A stretch of DNA of 64,000 bases, taken from contig CAZWMG010000008.1 in NCBI GenBank assembly GCA_964634945.1, positions 268 to 64,267 on the forward strand, given 5' to 3'. Position numbers and translations under genes: made by a program. This document shows positions 35,550 through 46,260 of this stretch, piece after piece. Under the pieces are notes generated by a model. The model was not told the DNA's origin. It ran no database searches and saw only the letters and a list, made by a program, of their open reading frames with translations. The DNA is from an uncultured Planctomycetia bacterium. Lineage in GTDB: Bacteria > Omnitrophota > Gorgyraeia > JABMRG01. Positions within the stretch are counted from its first letter, which is position 1. The number at the start of each line of letters is the position of its first letter.

Positions 35550-36106
35550 AAAATATTTTTTCAAAATTATCGAAGAGAGAGAAGTACGTATTATATATCT
35601 CAGCCGTTGTTATAGTGGCTGTATTTTTTGATAAGATAGTTATCAAGCCGCTTATGCAGAGAATAGAAACACTTAATAAAGAGATATTTATCCATGAAAA
35701 GCGGTTGCAAAAATCCCTATATCTATTATCGGAAGAAAAGCTTATTATAAAAGAACATAATAAATATACGAAAAATCTGAAACAGGTTTCTTCTGACGGT
35801 GAAGAGAAATCGAGACTCCTTGCGGAGATAGAAAAGACAGCAAGAAAATCTTCGGTTGCCTTAAAGGATGTAAAACTTGGAACTACGGAAAAGGCAGGCC
35901 CGTACACAAAATATACGGTTGAGGTAGTGGGCGAGTCCAAGATAGCGTATCTTATGGACTTTATTTACCAGCTGGAAATGTCACCAAGGATCCTGAAAGT
36001 GCGAAACTTTTATCTGGCCCCAATAAAAGAACATTCTGAGACCTTGAGGGCACAAATGACAATTACAGAGACTCTTATCTCCTCTAAAGAAGCCGCGACT
36101 GATTGA
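35546..36106 (+). CDS. PilO/GspM-like bitopic membrane protein
   Basis: N-terminal TM YVLYISAVVIVAVFF, then a coiled coil and an alpha/beta C-terminal domain. Assigned from position in the cluster. Confidence 0.4.
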   Translation: MKNIFSKLSKREKYVLYISAVVIVAVFFDKIVIKPLMQRIETLNKEIFIHEKRLQKSLYLLSEEKLIIKEHNKYTKNLKQVSSDGEEKSRLLAEIEKTARKSSVALKDVKLGTTEKAGPYTKYTVEVVGESKIAYLMDFIYQLEMSPRILKVRNFYLAPIKEHSETLRAQMTITETLISSKEAATD

Positions 36107-36121
36107 TCGGACAGATTACCA

Positions 36122-38332
36122 TTGAGAATAGTAAGTAAAAAATATTTATTCTACCCTGCTTTTTTTATGGTTTTAGCTTTAATGATTTATTTTGGGCTCT
36201 CTGCCTACATAAATTATATATATGTCCCTAAAAAAATAACACCTATAGTAGGAACGTATATCAATTCTGATTTATTTAAGCCTTTGGAGATCTCTGTTAG
36301 CGAGGTAGCTTTTCACCCCTTCAGAGGTTTTGTATTGCATGATCTAATAGTCAAAAGCCCGACGACATTACAAGGCAAAGATCTTTTGCGCGCAAGGCTT
36401 GTTGATATTGATATCGCTTTTCTGCCATTATTATGGAAGAAGATACATATAAAAAGGCTCCGTATCATAGGGGCCGATCTTACTGTAGGCCGCGATGCTA
36501 AAGGCGCCTGGAACTTTAACCATCTAAAGGATCTTTACAATACAAAGGGTGATGACTGTTTTGATATTACTATAAGTGAAATGCGTTTACCCAGATGCAA
36601 TATGGTTTATATGGATTATTTTAAGAAGGATAATTTCATTGAACGTGAATTCGATAATATAAAAGTCCGGCTTAATCGCTACGCTGAGTCTATGTATAGG
36701 GTTACTATTTCAGGTAGTGACAAAGACAGATCAAGAGAGTCTATCTCCTTGACATTGTTCTACGACGCGGTTAAAAATTCCGCAAAGGGAAAAGCGCGGC
36801 TCGCTACTACATACATTAATGACTATTGGGAATATTATCTAGACGAAGCGCTCAAGCCATGGCGCGTTACATGCGAAACAACAAAACTTGATACGACATT
36901 TTCTTACGCTGACAATGTTTGGACATTGGATGGTAACTACCATATAGATAAGGCTATATTGAGTTATGGAGAAGCCGCGATAACCGCGGATATAGTAGTT
37001 GGCCATGAGTTGACATGTTTCAGTAATTCGGCAAATAGAGCAGAGTCGCATATAGAGGCTCGTCTAAAGGATGTCTCATCTTTGCTAGGTAATTATAGGT
37101 TGCTTGATGAAGGTAAATGTTATATTATAATTGAGAATGACCAGATTAGGATACAGGAGATATCAGGTTTTGTAAAGGGCCAGCCCGTAGCCTTGACAGG
37201 CAAATTTATATTTGGCGATAAGCGTAAACTGGACTTAAGCGGTACGATAGCTGATGTGAAACATGATTTCTGTTTAAATCTTCCAACATATACATATGGC
37301 ACAGCTTATTGGGACCTGAAAAAAGATGATTCCTTCGTCAGCATAAACGCGGATATGCAGGACTTGAAGGATTCAGTATTTAGCCTCACTGTTAGAGGCG
37401 ATATAAATGTTGAAGAACTTTCAAGGCTTCTAAATATGGACAGGGAAGACCTTTTAGGCAGAATAAATTTTTCAGGCAGCTTAAAAGGTGAGGCTGATGA
37501 ATTGGATAGCCTGCAGGGAAAACTTGCGGTTATTGTGGATGACCTTTCCGTCCTTAAGCTGCAGCCGGTTTCTTTTCATTTTGACATGAAAGCTAAAGAT
37601 GGCATATTCGAAGGTGAAATGCCATCGGCGCATTTCTATAAAGGCAATATACGCGGCAAGATACGGACTAACATGGAAAAAATAGGCGCGGAACTTTATA
37701 TTAATGGGCTTGATATGGATAAATTTTCAAAGATACACCCACAATTGGAAAGCACAACAGGGCAATTAGCGGGATCCATCTCTTTTGTAAGCAAAATAAA
37801 GAACTCTTATGATACAATAAAAGGGTATGGTAGTATCAGGTTAAGGAATTGCGATGTTCGCAAGACGCCTTTCTTTACATCTGTAGGAGAGGGCATGAAG
37901 GAATTTGACAAAAACTTTGAAATGCCGGTTTTTAAAAAGGCAGAGGTAACATTCTTTATCGCGGATAAATGTTTTAATGTGGTTCATGCTTTTTTTATCG
38001 CGGATAATTTAAATGTGCACTTTTTAGGGAAGATAACATTTGATGGCGTATTTAATATAACAGCGGGAGGAAAGATTCTTGGGGATGGATTTTTGAAGCA
38101 GCTTCTATTGCCCCATCTTTTAGCGTTTAACCTGCTTAAGGATGTCGTAGAGATTAATGTTGTTGGAAAATGGCCCAACCTAAGATCAGCGGCTAAGGTT
38201 GAGCCAATGGCATGGCTCAATGAATTTTTTAAAGTTGGAGAGAGAGCAAGGCCGGAAAAATATGACCTTGATAAACTCTGGGGGACGGTCCTAAAGGGGA
38301 CACCCCTATGCACGGAAACAGATAAAATTTAA
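36122..38332 (+). CDS. Large N-terminally anchored membrane protein (736 aa) of unknown function, possibly AsmA/TamB-like
   Basis: Single N-terminal TM FYPAFFMVLALMIYFGLSAYI followed by ~700 aa that is predominantly beta. No catalytic motifs recognised. Confidence 0.45.
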   Translation: MRIVSKKYLFYPAFFMVLALMIYFGLSAYINYIYVPKKITPIVGTYINSDLFKPLEISVSEVAFHPFRGFVLHDLIVKSPTTLQGKDLLRARLVDIDIAFLPLLWKKIHIKRLRIIGADLTVGRDAKGAWNFNHLKDLYNTKGDDCFDITISEMRLPRCNMVYMDYFKKDNFIEREFDNIKVRLNRYAESMYRVTISGSDKDRSRESISLTLFYDAVKNSAKGKARLATTYINDYWEYYLDEALKPWRVTCETTKLDTTFSYADNVWTLDGNYHIDKAILSYGEAAITADIVVGHELTCFSNSANRAESHIEARLKDVSSLLGNYRLLDEGKCYIIIENDQIRIQEISGFVKGQPVALTGKFIFGDKRKLDLSGTIADVKHDFCLNLPTYTYGTAYWDLKKDDSFVSINADMQDLKDSVFSLTVRGDINVEELSRLLNMDREDLLGRINFSGSLKGEADELDSLQGKLAVIVDDLSVLKLQPVSFHFDMKAKDGIFEGEMPSAHFYKGNIRGKIRTNMEKIGAELYINGLDMDKFSKIHPQLESTTGQLAGSISFVSKIKNSYDTIKGYGSIRLRNCDVRKTPFFTSVGEGMKEFDKNFEMPVFKKAEVTFFIADKCFNVVHAFFIADNLNVHFLGKITFDGVFNITAGGKILGDGFLKQLLLPHLLAFNLLKDVVEINVVGKWPNLRSAAKVEPMAWLNEFFKVGERARPEKYDLDKLWGTVLKGTPLCTETDKI

Positions 38333-38443
38333 TGAAAATGCATATCTTTATTACATATAAATAAATAAGGATATCATTATAAAAAATAGCAAAAAACCAG
38401 TGAAACTCAATGTTAGGGGTGTCCCCTTTCTATAAGGAAAGAG

Positions 38444-40123
38444 ATGAAACAGCCGAATGTAATATCGAATTTTATAACAGAGATTATCGACAAAGACCTT
38501 AAGGCCGACAAATATGGCGACAAGGTTTGTACGCGTTTTCCGCCGGAACCAAACGGGTATCTACATATAGGACACGCTAAATCTATATGTTTGAATTTCA
38601 GTCTCGCCGCTTGGTACAAGGGTCTTTGCAATCTTCGCTTTGACGATACTAATCCAAGCAAGGAAGAGCTTGAATACGTAAAATCAATTGAAGCGGATGT
38701 TAAGTGGTTAGGCTTTGATTGGCAAGACCGGATTTTTTATACATCGGATTATTTTGATAAGCTTTATGAATTCGCCGTTAGCCTTATCAGGGCTGAAAAG
38801 GCGTATGTCTGCGATCTTAATTCCGAACAGATGCGAGAGTATCGCGGCACATTGACAGCGCCGGGGAAGATAAGTCCCTATCATAACCGATCGATAGAAG
38901 AAAACCTGGATCTTTTTAAGCGCATGAAAGAGGGTGAGTTTGAAGATGGCTCAAAGGTCTTACGCGCTAAGATAGATATGGCGCATCCTAATATTGCGAT
39001 GCGAGACCCGGCGATATACCGGATAAAAAAAGAGTCTCACCACAGGACTGATAACAAGTGGTGCATTTATCCTATGTATGATTTTGCGCATTGTTTATCG
39101 GATTCGATAGAGAAAATAACTCACTCCACATGCACATTGGAGTTTGAGAATAACCGCCCGTTGTATGACTGGATACTCGATGCCCTAAACGTTTACCATC
39201 CGCAGCAGATAGAGTTTGCGCGTTTAAACTTAAGCTATACTATTCTTAGCAAGCGCAAGTTGATAGAACTTGTAAAGGGAAAATATGTAAATGGCTGGGA
39301 CGACCCTCGTATGCCCACTATATCAGGGTTAAGAAGGCGGGGTTACACACCAAGTTCAATAAGAAACTTTTGCGCCGAGATAGGTGTTTCAAAAGTAAAT
39401 AGCCTTATAGATATTGTGGTTTTAGAGAATAGCCTGCGTGAAGAGTTGAACAAAAGCGCCCCTCGCGCAATGGCAGTTTTGAAGCCTCTTAAGGTAACAA
39501 TCACAAATTATCCGGAAGGGAAGGAAGAAGAACTTATTGCTATTAATAATCCCGAGGATGAAAATGCCGGCACAAGAAAGATACCTTTTTCCCGTACATT
39601 ATATATTGAGCAGGATGATTTTCAGGAAATTCCTTCGAAAAAGTTCTTTCGCTTGGCCCCTGGTAGAGAGGTGCGTTTACGCTATGGATATTTTATCAAG
39701 TGCGAGGAGGTAATAAAAAATCCAAATGGCGATATAGTGGAGCTTAGATGCAGCTATGATCCAGAAACCCGCGGCGGCGACGCGAAGGATGGCCGTAAGG
39801 TAAAGGCGACTCTGCATTGGGTGTCAGCATCGCATGCGCTTAAAACTGAGGTACGGCTTTACAATCATCTATTTTTGAAACCAAATCCTGATGATGTGGT
39901 TGAGGGCAAAGACTTTAAATCAAACCTAAATCCGGATTCTTTACAAACGATCTACCCTGCTTATGTAGAGCCGAGTTTAAAAAATTCAAAGCCAGGCGAT
40001 TCATACCAATTTGAAAGGCAGGGCTATTTTTGTATTGATAAAGACTCATCAAAAGAAAGACTCGTCTTTAATCGTACAGTGGCCTTGCGTAATACCTGGG
40101 CCAAGATATCTAAAAAGGCCTAA
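38444..40123 (+). CDS. glnS: Glutaminyl-tRNA synthetase
   Basis: [23 protein letters not shown] carries the class I HIGH motif in the GlnRS context. ILSKRKL supplies the KMSK-type motif. Size and domain order match GlnRS. Confidence 0.9.
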   Translation: MKQPNVISNFITEIIDKDLKADKYGDKVCTRFPPEPNGYLHIGHAKSICLNFSLAAWYKGLCNLRFDDTNPSKEELEYVKSIEADVKWLGFDWQDRIFYTSDYFDKLYEFAVSLIRAEKAYVCDLNSEQMREYRGTLTAPGKISPYHNRSIEENLDLFKRMKEGEFEDGSKVLRAKIDMAHPNIAMRDPAIYRIKKESHHRTDNKWCIYPMYDFAHCLSDSIEKITHSTCTLEFENNRPLYDWILDALNVYHPQQIEFARLNLSYTILSKRKLIELVKGKYVNGWDDPRMPTISGLRRRGYTPSSIRNFCAEIGVSKVNSLIDIVVLENSLREELNKSAPRAMAVLKPLKVTITNYPEGKEEELIAINNPEDENAGTRKIPFSRTLYIEQDDFQEIPSKKFFRLAPGREVRLRYGYFIKCEEVIKNPNGDIVELRCSYDPETRGGDAKDGRKVKATLHWVSASHALKTEVRLYNHLFLKPNPDDVVEGKDFKSNLNPDSLQTIYPAYVEPSLKNSKPGDSYQFERQGYFCIDKDSSKERLVFNRTVALRNTWAKISKKA

Positions 40124-40162
40124 CTTTACAAAAAAGTGCAATACTCAAAATGTAAAGTTAGG
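40119..40162. repeat. REP-like palindrome (copy 2) overlapping the glnS stop codon
   Basis: cctaactttacaaaaaagtgcaatactcaaaatgtaaagttagg. Together with the upstream aaaaagg it forms a 51-bp perfect direct repeat with 40576-40626. Confidence 0.7.
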
Positions 40163-40208
40163 ATTATACTTGCTTAGAAGTACGAGTAACTTACGCACTT
40201 ATTTTGTA

Positions 40209-40237
40209 TTGACATTATATAGTCCTATATGTTTAAA
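40209..40237 (+). promoter_or_regulatory. Candidate promoter (TTGACA-N17-TTTAAA) upstream of the thi leader
   Basis: Only the hexamers are visible, and the -10 element is weak. Confidence 0.25.
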
Positions 40238-40242
40238 TAACA

Positions 40243-40528
40243 GAGAAAAGGAAGGGGAGGCCATAATAGGGCCTGAGAGTTCTGCTAATAGCAGATTACC
40301 CATAGAACCTGATCCACCTTTACTTTTTACAATAGCAGATATTGTTTTCAAGCCAAGGTGGACTCGCTGCTTTCGGTGTTCGGTATCAGATGATAGGTTA
40401 TCGCAAAGATTTGTGTTGCCACAAACGATAACCGAATATTAAAAACCAATAACCGAGAAAGCGGGTCTGGATAATGCCAGCGCAGGGAGGATAATATCTT
40501 ACCCATGCTTTCGGCATGGGTTTTTTGC
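40243..40528 (+). ncRNA. TPP (THI-box) riboswitch-like leader with an atypical ~165-nt insertion or duplication, ending in an intrinsic terminator
   Basis: THI-box elements are in the expected order: ggggaggcc...CTGAGAg...tACCCataGAACCTGATCca at 40255-40316 and gggtCTGGATAATGCCAGCGcAGGGAgg at 40463-40490. The terminator cccatgctttcggcatgggTTTTTT lies at 40502-40526. The leader sits upstream of thiE. Confidence 0.5.
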
Positions 40529-40582
40529 GTTAACAAGAACGATTTTTGTTAAAGACAATATACCCTGAGGCACCCAAAAAGG

Positions 40583-40626
40583 CCTAACTTTACAAAAAAG
40601 TGCAATACTCAAAATGTAAAGTTAGG
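40583..40626. repeat. REP-like palindrome (copy 3) just upstream of thiE
   Basis: Identical to 40119-40162. Confidence 0.7.
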
Positions 40627-40640
40627 TAAAATGAGATAAA

Positions 40641-41291
40641 ATGAATAATATAAGAAGCTATAATTTGTATCTAGTCTTAAGTTCGGAATACACGAACAGA
40701 AGGCCTATTTTAGATGTAGCTAAACAGGCAGTTGTCGCGGGTGTTGATATTCTACAGATGCGCGAGAAAGGTATGTCTGAAAAAGACTTGCTGACGCTTG
40801 GTAAAGACTTGCTATCATTGTGTAGGGAATTTAATACTACCTTTATTGTAAATGATAGTCCGTATTTAGCGAGAGATTTGAATGCGGATGGTGTTCATTT
40901 AGGGCAGGAAGATATTAAGAGGTGCCCACTTTTAAACGCGCGAAATATAATAGGGCAGGGCAAGATAATAGGTATCTCTACACACTCGATAGAAGAATTC
41001 AGGAAAGCCAATTCTGAGGATTTTGATTATATAGCTTTTGGCCCGATATTTCCGACAAAGACAAAAGATTATTGCATAGGAGCAGATGAGATAGATGAGG
41101 TGCTTGACATCACTAGTAAGCCAGTGATATTTATCGGTGGGATTAATATAGAGAACGTTGGTTTGCTCTTGGATAAGGGCGCAAAAAATATAGCAGCGAT
41201 ACGTGCTATTGTCGGATCTGATGATGTTGCCGGCGCGATAGATAGTTTCAGGAAAAAGATCAACTCATATAATACAGAGATAAGAGCATGA
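40641..41291 (+). CDS. thiE: Thiamine-phosphate synthase
   Basis: YLVLSSEYTNRRPILDVAKQAVVAGVDILQMREKG and the ThiE TIM-barrel pattern. Lies in the thi cluster. Confidence 0.85.
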   Translation: MNNIRSYNLYLVLSSEYTNRRPILDVAKQAVVAGVDILQMREKGMSEKDLLTLGKDLLSLCREFNTTFIVNDSPYLARDLNADGVHLGQEDIKRCPLLNARNIIGQGKIIGISTHSIEEFRKANSEDFDYIAFGPIFPTKTKDYCIGADEIDEVLDITSKPVIFIGGINIENVGLLLDKGAKNIAAIRAIVGSDDVAGAIDSFRKKINSYNTEIRA

Positions 41292-41488
41292 TATTAAGGA
41301 TAAACGGAGATGATGAGAATATCGTCAAGTGCGATAACCTTTTAGAGCTTATTAACGCTAAAAAGCTAAAAATAGACAGAATAGTAGTGGAGCATAACCG
41401 CAAGATTGTTCTTAAGCAAGACTGGTCCAGGGTTGCATTAAATGAAAATGACAGCATAGAGATAGTCAGCTTTGTAGGAGGGGGATAA
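41288..41488 (+). CDS. thiS: Sulfur-carrier protein ThiS
   Basis: 66 aa ending ...VSFVGGG with the C-terminal Gly-Gly. Overlaps thiE (ATGA). Confidence 0.8.
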   Translation: MILRINGDDENIVKCDNLLELINAKKLKIDRIVVEHNRKIVLKQDWSRVALNENDSIEIVSFVGGG

Positions 41489-41489
41489 C

Positions 41490-42266
41490 ATGGAAGATGT
41501 TTTACGTATTGCCGGTAAAAGCATAAAAAGCAGACTTTTTATAGGCACGGGAAAATTTCCAGATAAGGCTATTGTGCGAAAGGTGCTTGAAGCAGCTCAT
41601 GCGGATGTTGTTACAGTTGCCCTAAGAAGGGTTGATATGGGTTCTGTTGATGAGAACATCCTGGATCATGTGCCCGAAGGCTGTGTAATAATGATTAATA
41701 CATCAGGCGCAAGAGACGCGGATGAAGCGATAAGAATGGCCCGGCTTGGAAAGGCAATGGGGTGTGGCGATTGGATCAAGATAGAAGTTATACCGGATAA
41801 CAAGTATCTTTTGCCTGACAATATAGAGACCTTGAAGGCTACAGAGATTCTGGTAAAGGAAGGCTTTACGGTTCTTCCGTATATGAGCCCTGATCTTAGT
41901 ATTGCAAAACGCCTTGTAGGAGCCGGAGCTGCCGCTGTAATGCCCTTAGGTTCTCCCATAGGAAGCAACAGGGGGCTAAAGACAGAAGAGCTTGTACGAA
42001 TAATGGTAAGTGAGATAGATATTCCTGTAATAGTGGATGCCGGTATTGGATGGCCGTCTGAGGCGGCAGCATGTATGGAGCTTGGCTGTGACGCTGTTTT
42101 GGTAAATACAGCTATCGCTACAGCGGATAATCCGATAGCTATGGCAGGTGCTTTTAGTTGTGCGGTTAGCGCGGGCAGAATGGCGTATTTAAATAGTGGT
42201 ATAGCTGCAAACGAATCCGCAAACTCATCCTCACCCCTTACAGGGTTTTTAAGGGATGTCAAATAA
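41490..42266 (+). CDS. thiG: Thiazole synthase
   Basis: [19 protein letters not shown] and the ThiG TIM-barrel motifs ([26 protein letters not shown]). Confidence 0.9.
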   Translation: MEDVLRIAGKSIKSRLFIGTGKFPDKAIVRKVLEAAHADVVTVALRRVDMGSVDENILDHVPEGCVIMINTSGARDADEAIRMARLGKAMGCGDWIKIEVIPDNKYLLPDNIETLKATEILVKEGFTVLPYMSPDLSIAKRLVGAGAAAVMPLGSPIGSNRGLKTEELVRIMVSEIDIPVIVDAGIGWPSEAAACMELGCDAVLVNTAIATADNPIAMAGAFSCAVSAGRMAYLNSGIAANESANSSSPLTGFLRDVK

Positions 42267-42281
42267 AAGAGCACTTAAATT

Positions 42282-43385
42282 ATGAGTTTTATCAATTTGA
42301 TTAAAAAATATGAATCCGCTGAATTGAGCAAGAGGATAGATTCTGTGCTCAAGAAAGATATAGAACAGCTTCTCTCCAAGGATACATTGACTTCGATGCA
42401 GTTTCTTTCACTTCTTTCTCCGGCTGCTTCTTGTTGCCTTGAAGAGATGGCAAAAAAAGCTCACAAGATTACCTTGCGAAATTTTGGAAAGGCTATACAG
42501 TTATATACGCCAATATATATATCTAACTACTGCGATAATAATTGTATCTATTGTGGATTTAATATAAATGGAAAAAGCCCCAGAAAAAAGCTTACTATGG
42601 ACGAGCTTGACATCGAGGCACGATATATCGCGGATACAGGCTTAAAGCATATACTTATCCTTACAGGTAGCTCCAAATCAAAAAGTCCCCTCTCATACAT
42701 AAAAGATTCTATAAAGGTGCTAAAGAGATATTTTAGCTCTATATCCATAGAGATCTATCCATTAACAGAAGATGAGTATGGAGAGCTTATAGAAGAAGGC
42801 GTAGACGGACTTACAATATATCAAGAGACATATAATAGGACTATCTATGATAAGGTTCATCTTAAAGGGCCTAAGAAAGATTATGCCTTCCGTCTTGATT
42901 CAGCGGAAAGAGCCCTGAATAAGAAAATGAGAACAGTTAGTGTAGGAGCCTTGCTCGGCCTAGGCCAATGGCGAGAAGATGGTTTTTTCGCCGGCTTACA
43001 CGCGAAATATCTCCAGGATAAATTTCCAGAGGCGGAGATAGCTATATCGGTACCACGGATAAGGCCCCAGACAGAAGAGTATAGCCCGCAATATGATGTC
43101 TCAGATAGAGACATAACACAGCTTATACTGGCGTTAAGGATTTTTTTACCAAGAATAGGCATCACCCTCTCGACGAGAGAAGGTCAGGGCCTGAGAGATA
43201 ATATTCTACCGTTAGGCATTACCAAGATATCAGCGAACTCCACCACTGTTGTCGGTGGCCATACATTGAATAAACCGGAAGAGGCTACTGAGCAGTTTTC
43301 TACAAGCGACAAAAGGAGTGTGGCAGAGATAAAAGAATTTTTACTAAGTCGAGGGTATCAGCCGATTCTGAAAGACTGGGTCTAA
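42282..43385 (+). CDS. thiH: Radical SAM 2-iminoacetate synthase (tyrosine lyase)
   Basis: CDNNCIYCGF carries the CxxxCxxC motif. Size (~367 aa) and context between thiG and thiF fit ThiH. Confidence 0.75.
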   Translation: MSFINLIKKYESAELSKRIDSVLKKDIEQLLSKDTLTSMQFLSLLSPAASCCLEEMAKKAHKITLRNFGKAIQLYTPIYISNYCDNNCIYCGFNINGKSPRKKLTMDELDIEARYIADTGLKHILILTGSSKSKSPLSYIKDSIKVLKRYFSSISIEIYPLTEDEYGELIEEGVDGLTIYQETYNRTIYDKVHLKGPKKDYAFRLDSAERALNKKMRTVSVGALLGLGQWREDGFFAGLHAKYLQDKFPEAEIAISVPRIRPQTEEYSPQYDVSDRDITQLILALRIFLPRIGITLSTREGQGLRDNILPLGITKISANSTTVVGGHTLNKPEEATEQFSTSDKRSVAEIKEFLLSRGYQPILKDWV

Positions 43386-43453
43386 TCAGGGGACACTCCT
43401 AAAGGGGGCACCCTTAAGCACAAATAATGTAGAAATCTATTAATTTTTAAAAT

Positions 43454-44059
43454 ATGTTTATTAAAACAAAAAAAAGAAAAAAAGAGACCAACGGCGCGAT
43501 TAAGGGCGCCCCCTTAATAGGCATAGCCGGCTGTGGGGGGATAGGCTCTAACTGCGCTTCTAATCTTGTACGAAGCGGTTTTACTAAATTTAGGATAGTA
43601 GATTTTGATGTTGTGGAGAAATCGAACCTGAACAGGCAGTTCTTTTTTTTGGACCAGATTGGCATAGCAAAGGTGAATGCCTTAGAGGTGAATCTGAAAA
43701 GAATAAACCCTGAGATAGAGATAGACGCTATCCAGCAAAGGCTAACCCGTTTAAACGCAGCAAAAGTTTTCGCTGATTGCAGTATTGTGGTAGAGGCGCT
43801 TGATGAAGCAAAAGAGAAGAGTATGCTTGTATCGAGCATCTTAAATAAGGCAAAGCTTATAGTTACAGCTTCGGGCGTAGCAGGGTTTGGGGATTCGGAT
43901 AAGATACGCGTTAAAAAAATAAAGGAAGACCTTGTTCTCGTCGGAGACCTAAAGACGGGGATAGATAAGGCGCCACCGCTTTCTCCAAAGGTCAACATAG
44001 CGGCGGCAAAGCAGGCGGATGTTGTATTGGAATACGTGTTAAGAGGATCTGTATCGTGA
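43454..44059 (+). CDS. thiF: ThiF/MoeB-family E1-like adenylyltransferase
   Basis: GIAGCGGIGSNCASNLVRSGFTKFRIVDFDVVEKSNLNRQ carries the Rossmann GxGxxG motif and the ThiF-family signature. Confidence 0.75.
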   Translation: MFIKTKKRKKETNGAIKGAPLIGIAGCGGIGSNCASNLVRSGFTKFRIVDFDVVEKSNLNRQFFFLDQIGIAKVNALEVNLKRINPEIEIDAIQQRLTRLNAAKVFADCSIVVEALDEAKEKSMLVSSILNKAKLIVTASGVAGFGDSDKIRVKKIKEDLVLVGDLKTGIDKAPPLSPKVNIAAAKQADVVLEYVLRGSVS

Positions 44060-45054
44060 AGGCGATATCGCTATTTTCAGGCGGCTTAGATAGCATACTC
44101 GCTACGAGGTTGATCGCTGACCAAGGCATAGATGTCGAGGCGCTTTATCTTAAGACTGTATTTTGGGGTAAGTCCGACGATAAGCTTAATCACTCGATTC
44201 TTGAGAAGGCCGCGTCTCAAGCAAAATCAAGATTAAGCATCCTGGAGGTTAATAAGGATTATTTTAATGTAGTTAAGCACCCTAAGCATGGTTACGGGAA
44301 AAACCTGAACCCATGCATAGATTGCAAGATCTTTATTTTAAAAACAGCTAGAGAGTATATGAAGAAAAAGAAAGCGAGTTTTTTGATCACGGGTGAGGTA
44401 TTAGGACAGCGTCCGATGTCGCAACATCGATCTGTTTTGGATAAGATAGAGAAGGAAAGCGGAGCATCAGGCATCATCGTAAGGCCTTTAACAGCTAAGT
44501 TTTTCAAAGAAAGCATACCTGAGCAGAGGGGATGGATAGACAGGAAAAGACTTTTAGCGATAGAGGGAAGATCAAGAAAGCCGCAACTTGCTCTCGCTAA
44601 AAAGTTTGGTATTGACGAGTTTCCAAACCCCGCCGGTGGATGCCTTCTCGCGGATAAGATTTTTTCAGATAAGATGCGCGATATAATTAAATATGAAAAA
44701 GATTTCAAGGCAAATGATGTGGACCTCATAAAAAATGGCAGGGTATTCAGAGTTTCTCCTAAGGCTAAGCTTGTTGTGGGACGCAACGAGAAGCAGAATA
44801 GCCTGTTATCGTCCCTTGCCAGAGATAAAGATTATTTTTTTGAAACAGTCGACCTGCCAGGCCCTATAGGCATAGGAAGAGGGCGTTTCAGTGAAGATAA
44901 AATGACTACTGCCGCAAGCATTGTTGCCAGGTATAGTGATTCAAAACCAGGTAATAAGGTAAATATCTTGTGCAAGGAATGTTTTAGCAAGCAGGAAAAG
45001 TTGCTACTGGTGATACCGGTGACAGATGATAAAGCTAGTGGCTTTAGGGTTTGA
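44056..45054 (+). CDS. PP-loop ATP pyrophosphatase, ThiI-like (no THUMP domain). Probable sulfurtransferase for ThiS or tRNA
   Basis: SGGLDS PP-loop at the N-terminus. The ThiI-like pattern TGEVLGQRPMSQ....IIVRPL and CIDCK (CxxC) are present. Lies in the thi cluster. Confidence 0.5.
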   Translation: MKAISLFSGGLDSILATRLIADQGIDVEALYLKTVFWGKSDDKLNHSILEKAASQAKSRLSILEVNKDYFNVVKHPKHGYGKNLNPCIDCKIFILKTAREYMKKKKASFLITGEVLGQRPMSQHRSVLDKIEKESGASGIIVRPLTAKFFKESIPEQRGWIDRKRLLAIEGRSRKPQLALAKKFGIDEFPNPAGGCLLADKIFSDKMRDIIKYEKDFKANDVDLIKNGRVFRVSPKAKLVVGRNEKQNSLLSSLARDKDYFFETVDLPGPIGIGRGRFSEDKMTTAASIVARYSDSKPGNKVNILCKECFSKQEKLLLVIPVTDDKASGFRV

Positions 45055-45141
45055 CAATAGCTTTCTAGTATCTTAACCAGCTTAAGATTAACTTATAATA
45101 TATAAGCCTTGACCGCTTATACAAAAAAGGAGGGTATTAAT

Positions 45142-46191
45142 ATGGCGAAAATCGTGGATCTATTAGGCGAAGAGGGGCAGTATCTGCTGATGCATACTTG
45201 CAATACGATATCCAAGGATCTTTTGCATCTTCCGGGCCCGGATTTTATTGAAAGGATATTTTCTATATCAGACAGGCCAAAAGCTGTCTTAAGGAATATG
45301 CAGCTTCTGTTCAATCATGGCAGGTTAAAAGGCACGGGTTATCTATCTATATTGCCGGTAGATCAAGGCATAGAACACTCAGCAGGCGCTTCTTTCGCGC
45401 CGAACCCATTGTATTTTGATCCTGAAAACATTGTAAAACTTGCTATAGAAGGCGGGTGTAACGGTGTTGCCTCGACATTAGGTGTTTTGGGAATGGTATC
45501 CGCTAAATACGCTAAAAAGATACCCTTTATCCTTAAATTGAATCATAACGAGCTCCTGAGTTACCCTAATACATTTGACCAACGAATGTTCGCGTCCGTT
45601 GAACAGGCCAGCGATATGGGGGCAGTAGCTGTAGGAGCTACTATATATTTTGGCTCCGAAGAATCACGAAGACAGATAGAGGAGGTATCAGCCGCCTTCG
45701 CGAAAGCGCATAAGCTTGGAATGTTTACAATCCTCTGGTGTTATTTAAGAAACGACGGCTTTAAAAGTAATGGTGTGGATTATCACGCCTCCGCTGATCT
45801 TACAGGACAGGCAAATCACTTAGGCGTCACAATAGAAGCTGATATTATAAAACAGAAGCTTCCGATAAACAATGGAGGTTACATAGCGATTAATTTTGGC
45901 AAGACAAGCCCCTTAGTATATGATAAGCTCTCATCGGACCACCCGATAGATCTTACTCGTTACCAGTTGGCAAACTGCTACATGGGCAGGATCGGCCTTA
46001 TTAATTCAGGTGGGCCATCAGGAGAGAACGACCTCCAGCAAGCCGTAAAGACAGCTGTTATAAACAAAAGAGCCGGCGGCACAGGTTTGATTTCCGGTAG
46101 GAAGGCCTTTCAGAAGCCCATGAAGGAAGGCGTGGAACTACTTAACGCAATTCAGGATGTCTATTTGGATAAGGACATAACCATAGCTTGA
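45142..46191 (+). CDS. fbaB: Class I fructose-bisphosphate aldolase (FbaB/DhnA type)
   Basis: [59 protein letters not shown] and [27 protein letters not shown] are characteristic of FbaB. ATG at 45142 behind the RBS aaaaggaggg. Confidence 0.8.
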   Translation: MAKIVDLLGEEGQYLLMHTCNTISKDLLHLPGPDFIERIFSISDRPKAVLRNMQLLFNHGRLKGTGYLSILPVDQGIEHSAGASFAPNPLYFDPENIVKLAIEGGCNGVASTLGVLGMVSAKYAKKIPFILKLNHNELLSYPNTFDQRMFASVEQASDMGAVAVGATIYFGSEESRRQIEEVSAAFAKAHKLGMFTILWCYLRNDGFKSNGVDYHASADLTGQANHLGVTIEADIIKQKLPINNGGYIAINFGKTSPLVYDKLSSDHPIDLTRYQLANCYMGRIGLINSGGPSGENDLQQAVKTAVINKRAGGTGLISGRKAFQKPMKEGVELLNAIQDVYLDKDITIA

Positions 46192-46260
46192 AGAAATGAT
46201 TTCGTATTGCGTAAAAAAGGGGGCAGATATCTTAATAAAAAGCGTCTGTCCTTTTTTTAA

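Noticed and set aside
40011-40442. 143-aa + strand ORF between glnS and thiE
   Set aside because: It runs through the REP palindrome and the THI-box leader and has no RBS. The region is better explained as non-coding riboswitch and repeat sequence.
38283-43420. Repeated gggacNNtcctaaaggggNcaccc-like motifs (38283-38310, 38405-38420, 43389-43420)
   Set aside because: There are only two or three short, imperfect occurrences, and one is inside coding sequence. This is not distinguishable from chance without a genome-wide count.
43447-43998. 183-aa minus-strand ORF
   Set aside because: It is antisense to thiF, which has clear E1-family motifs on the + strand.
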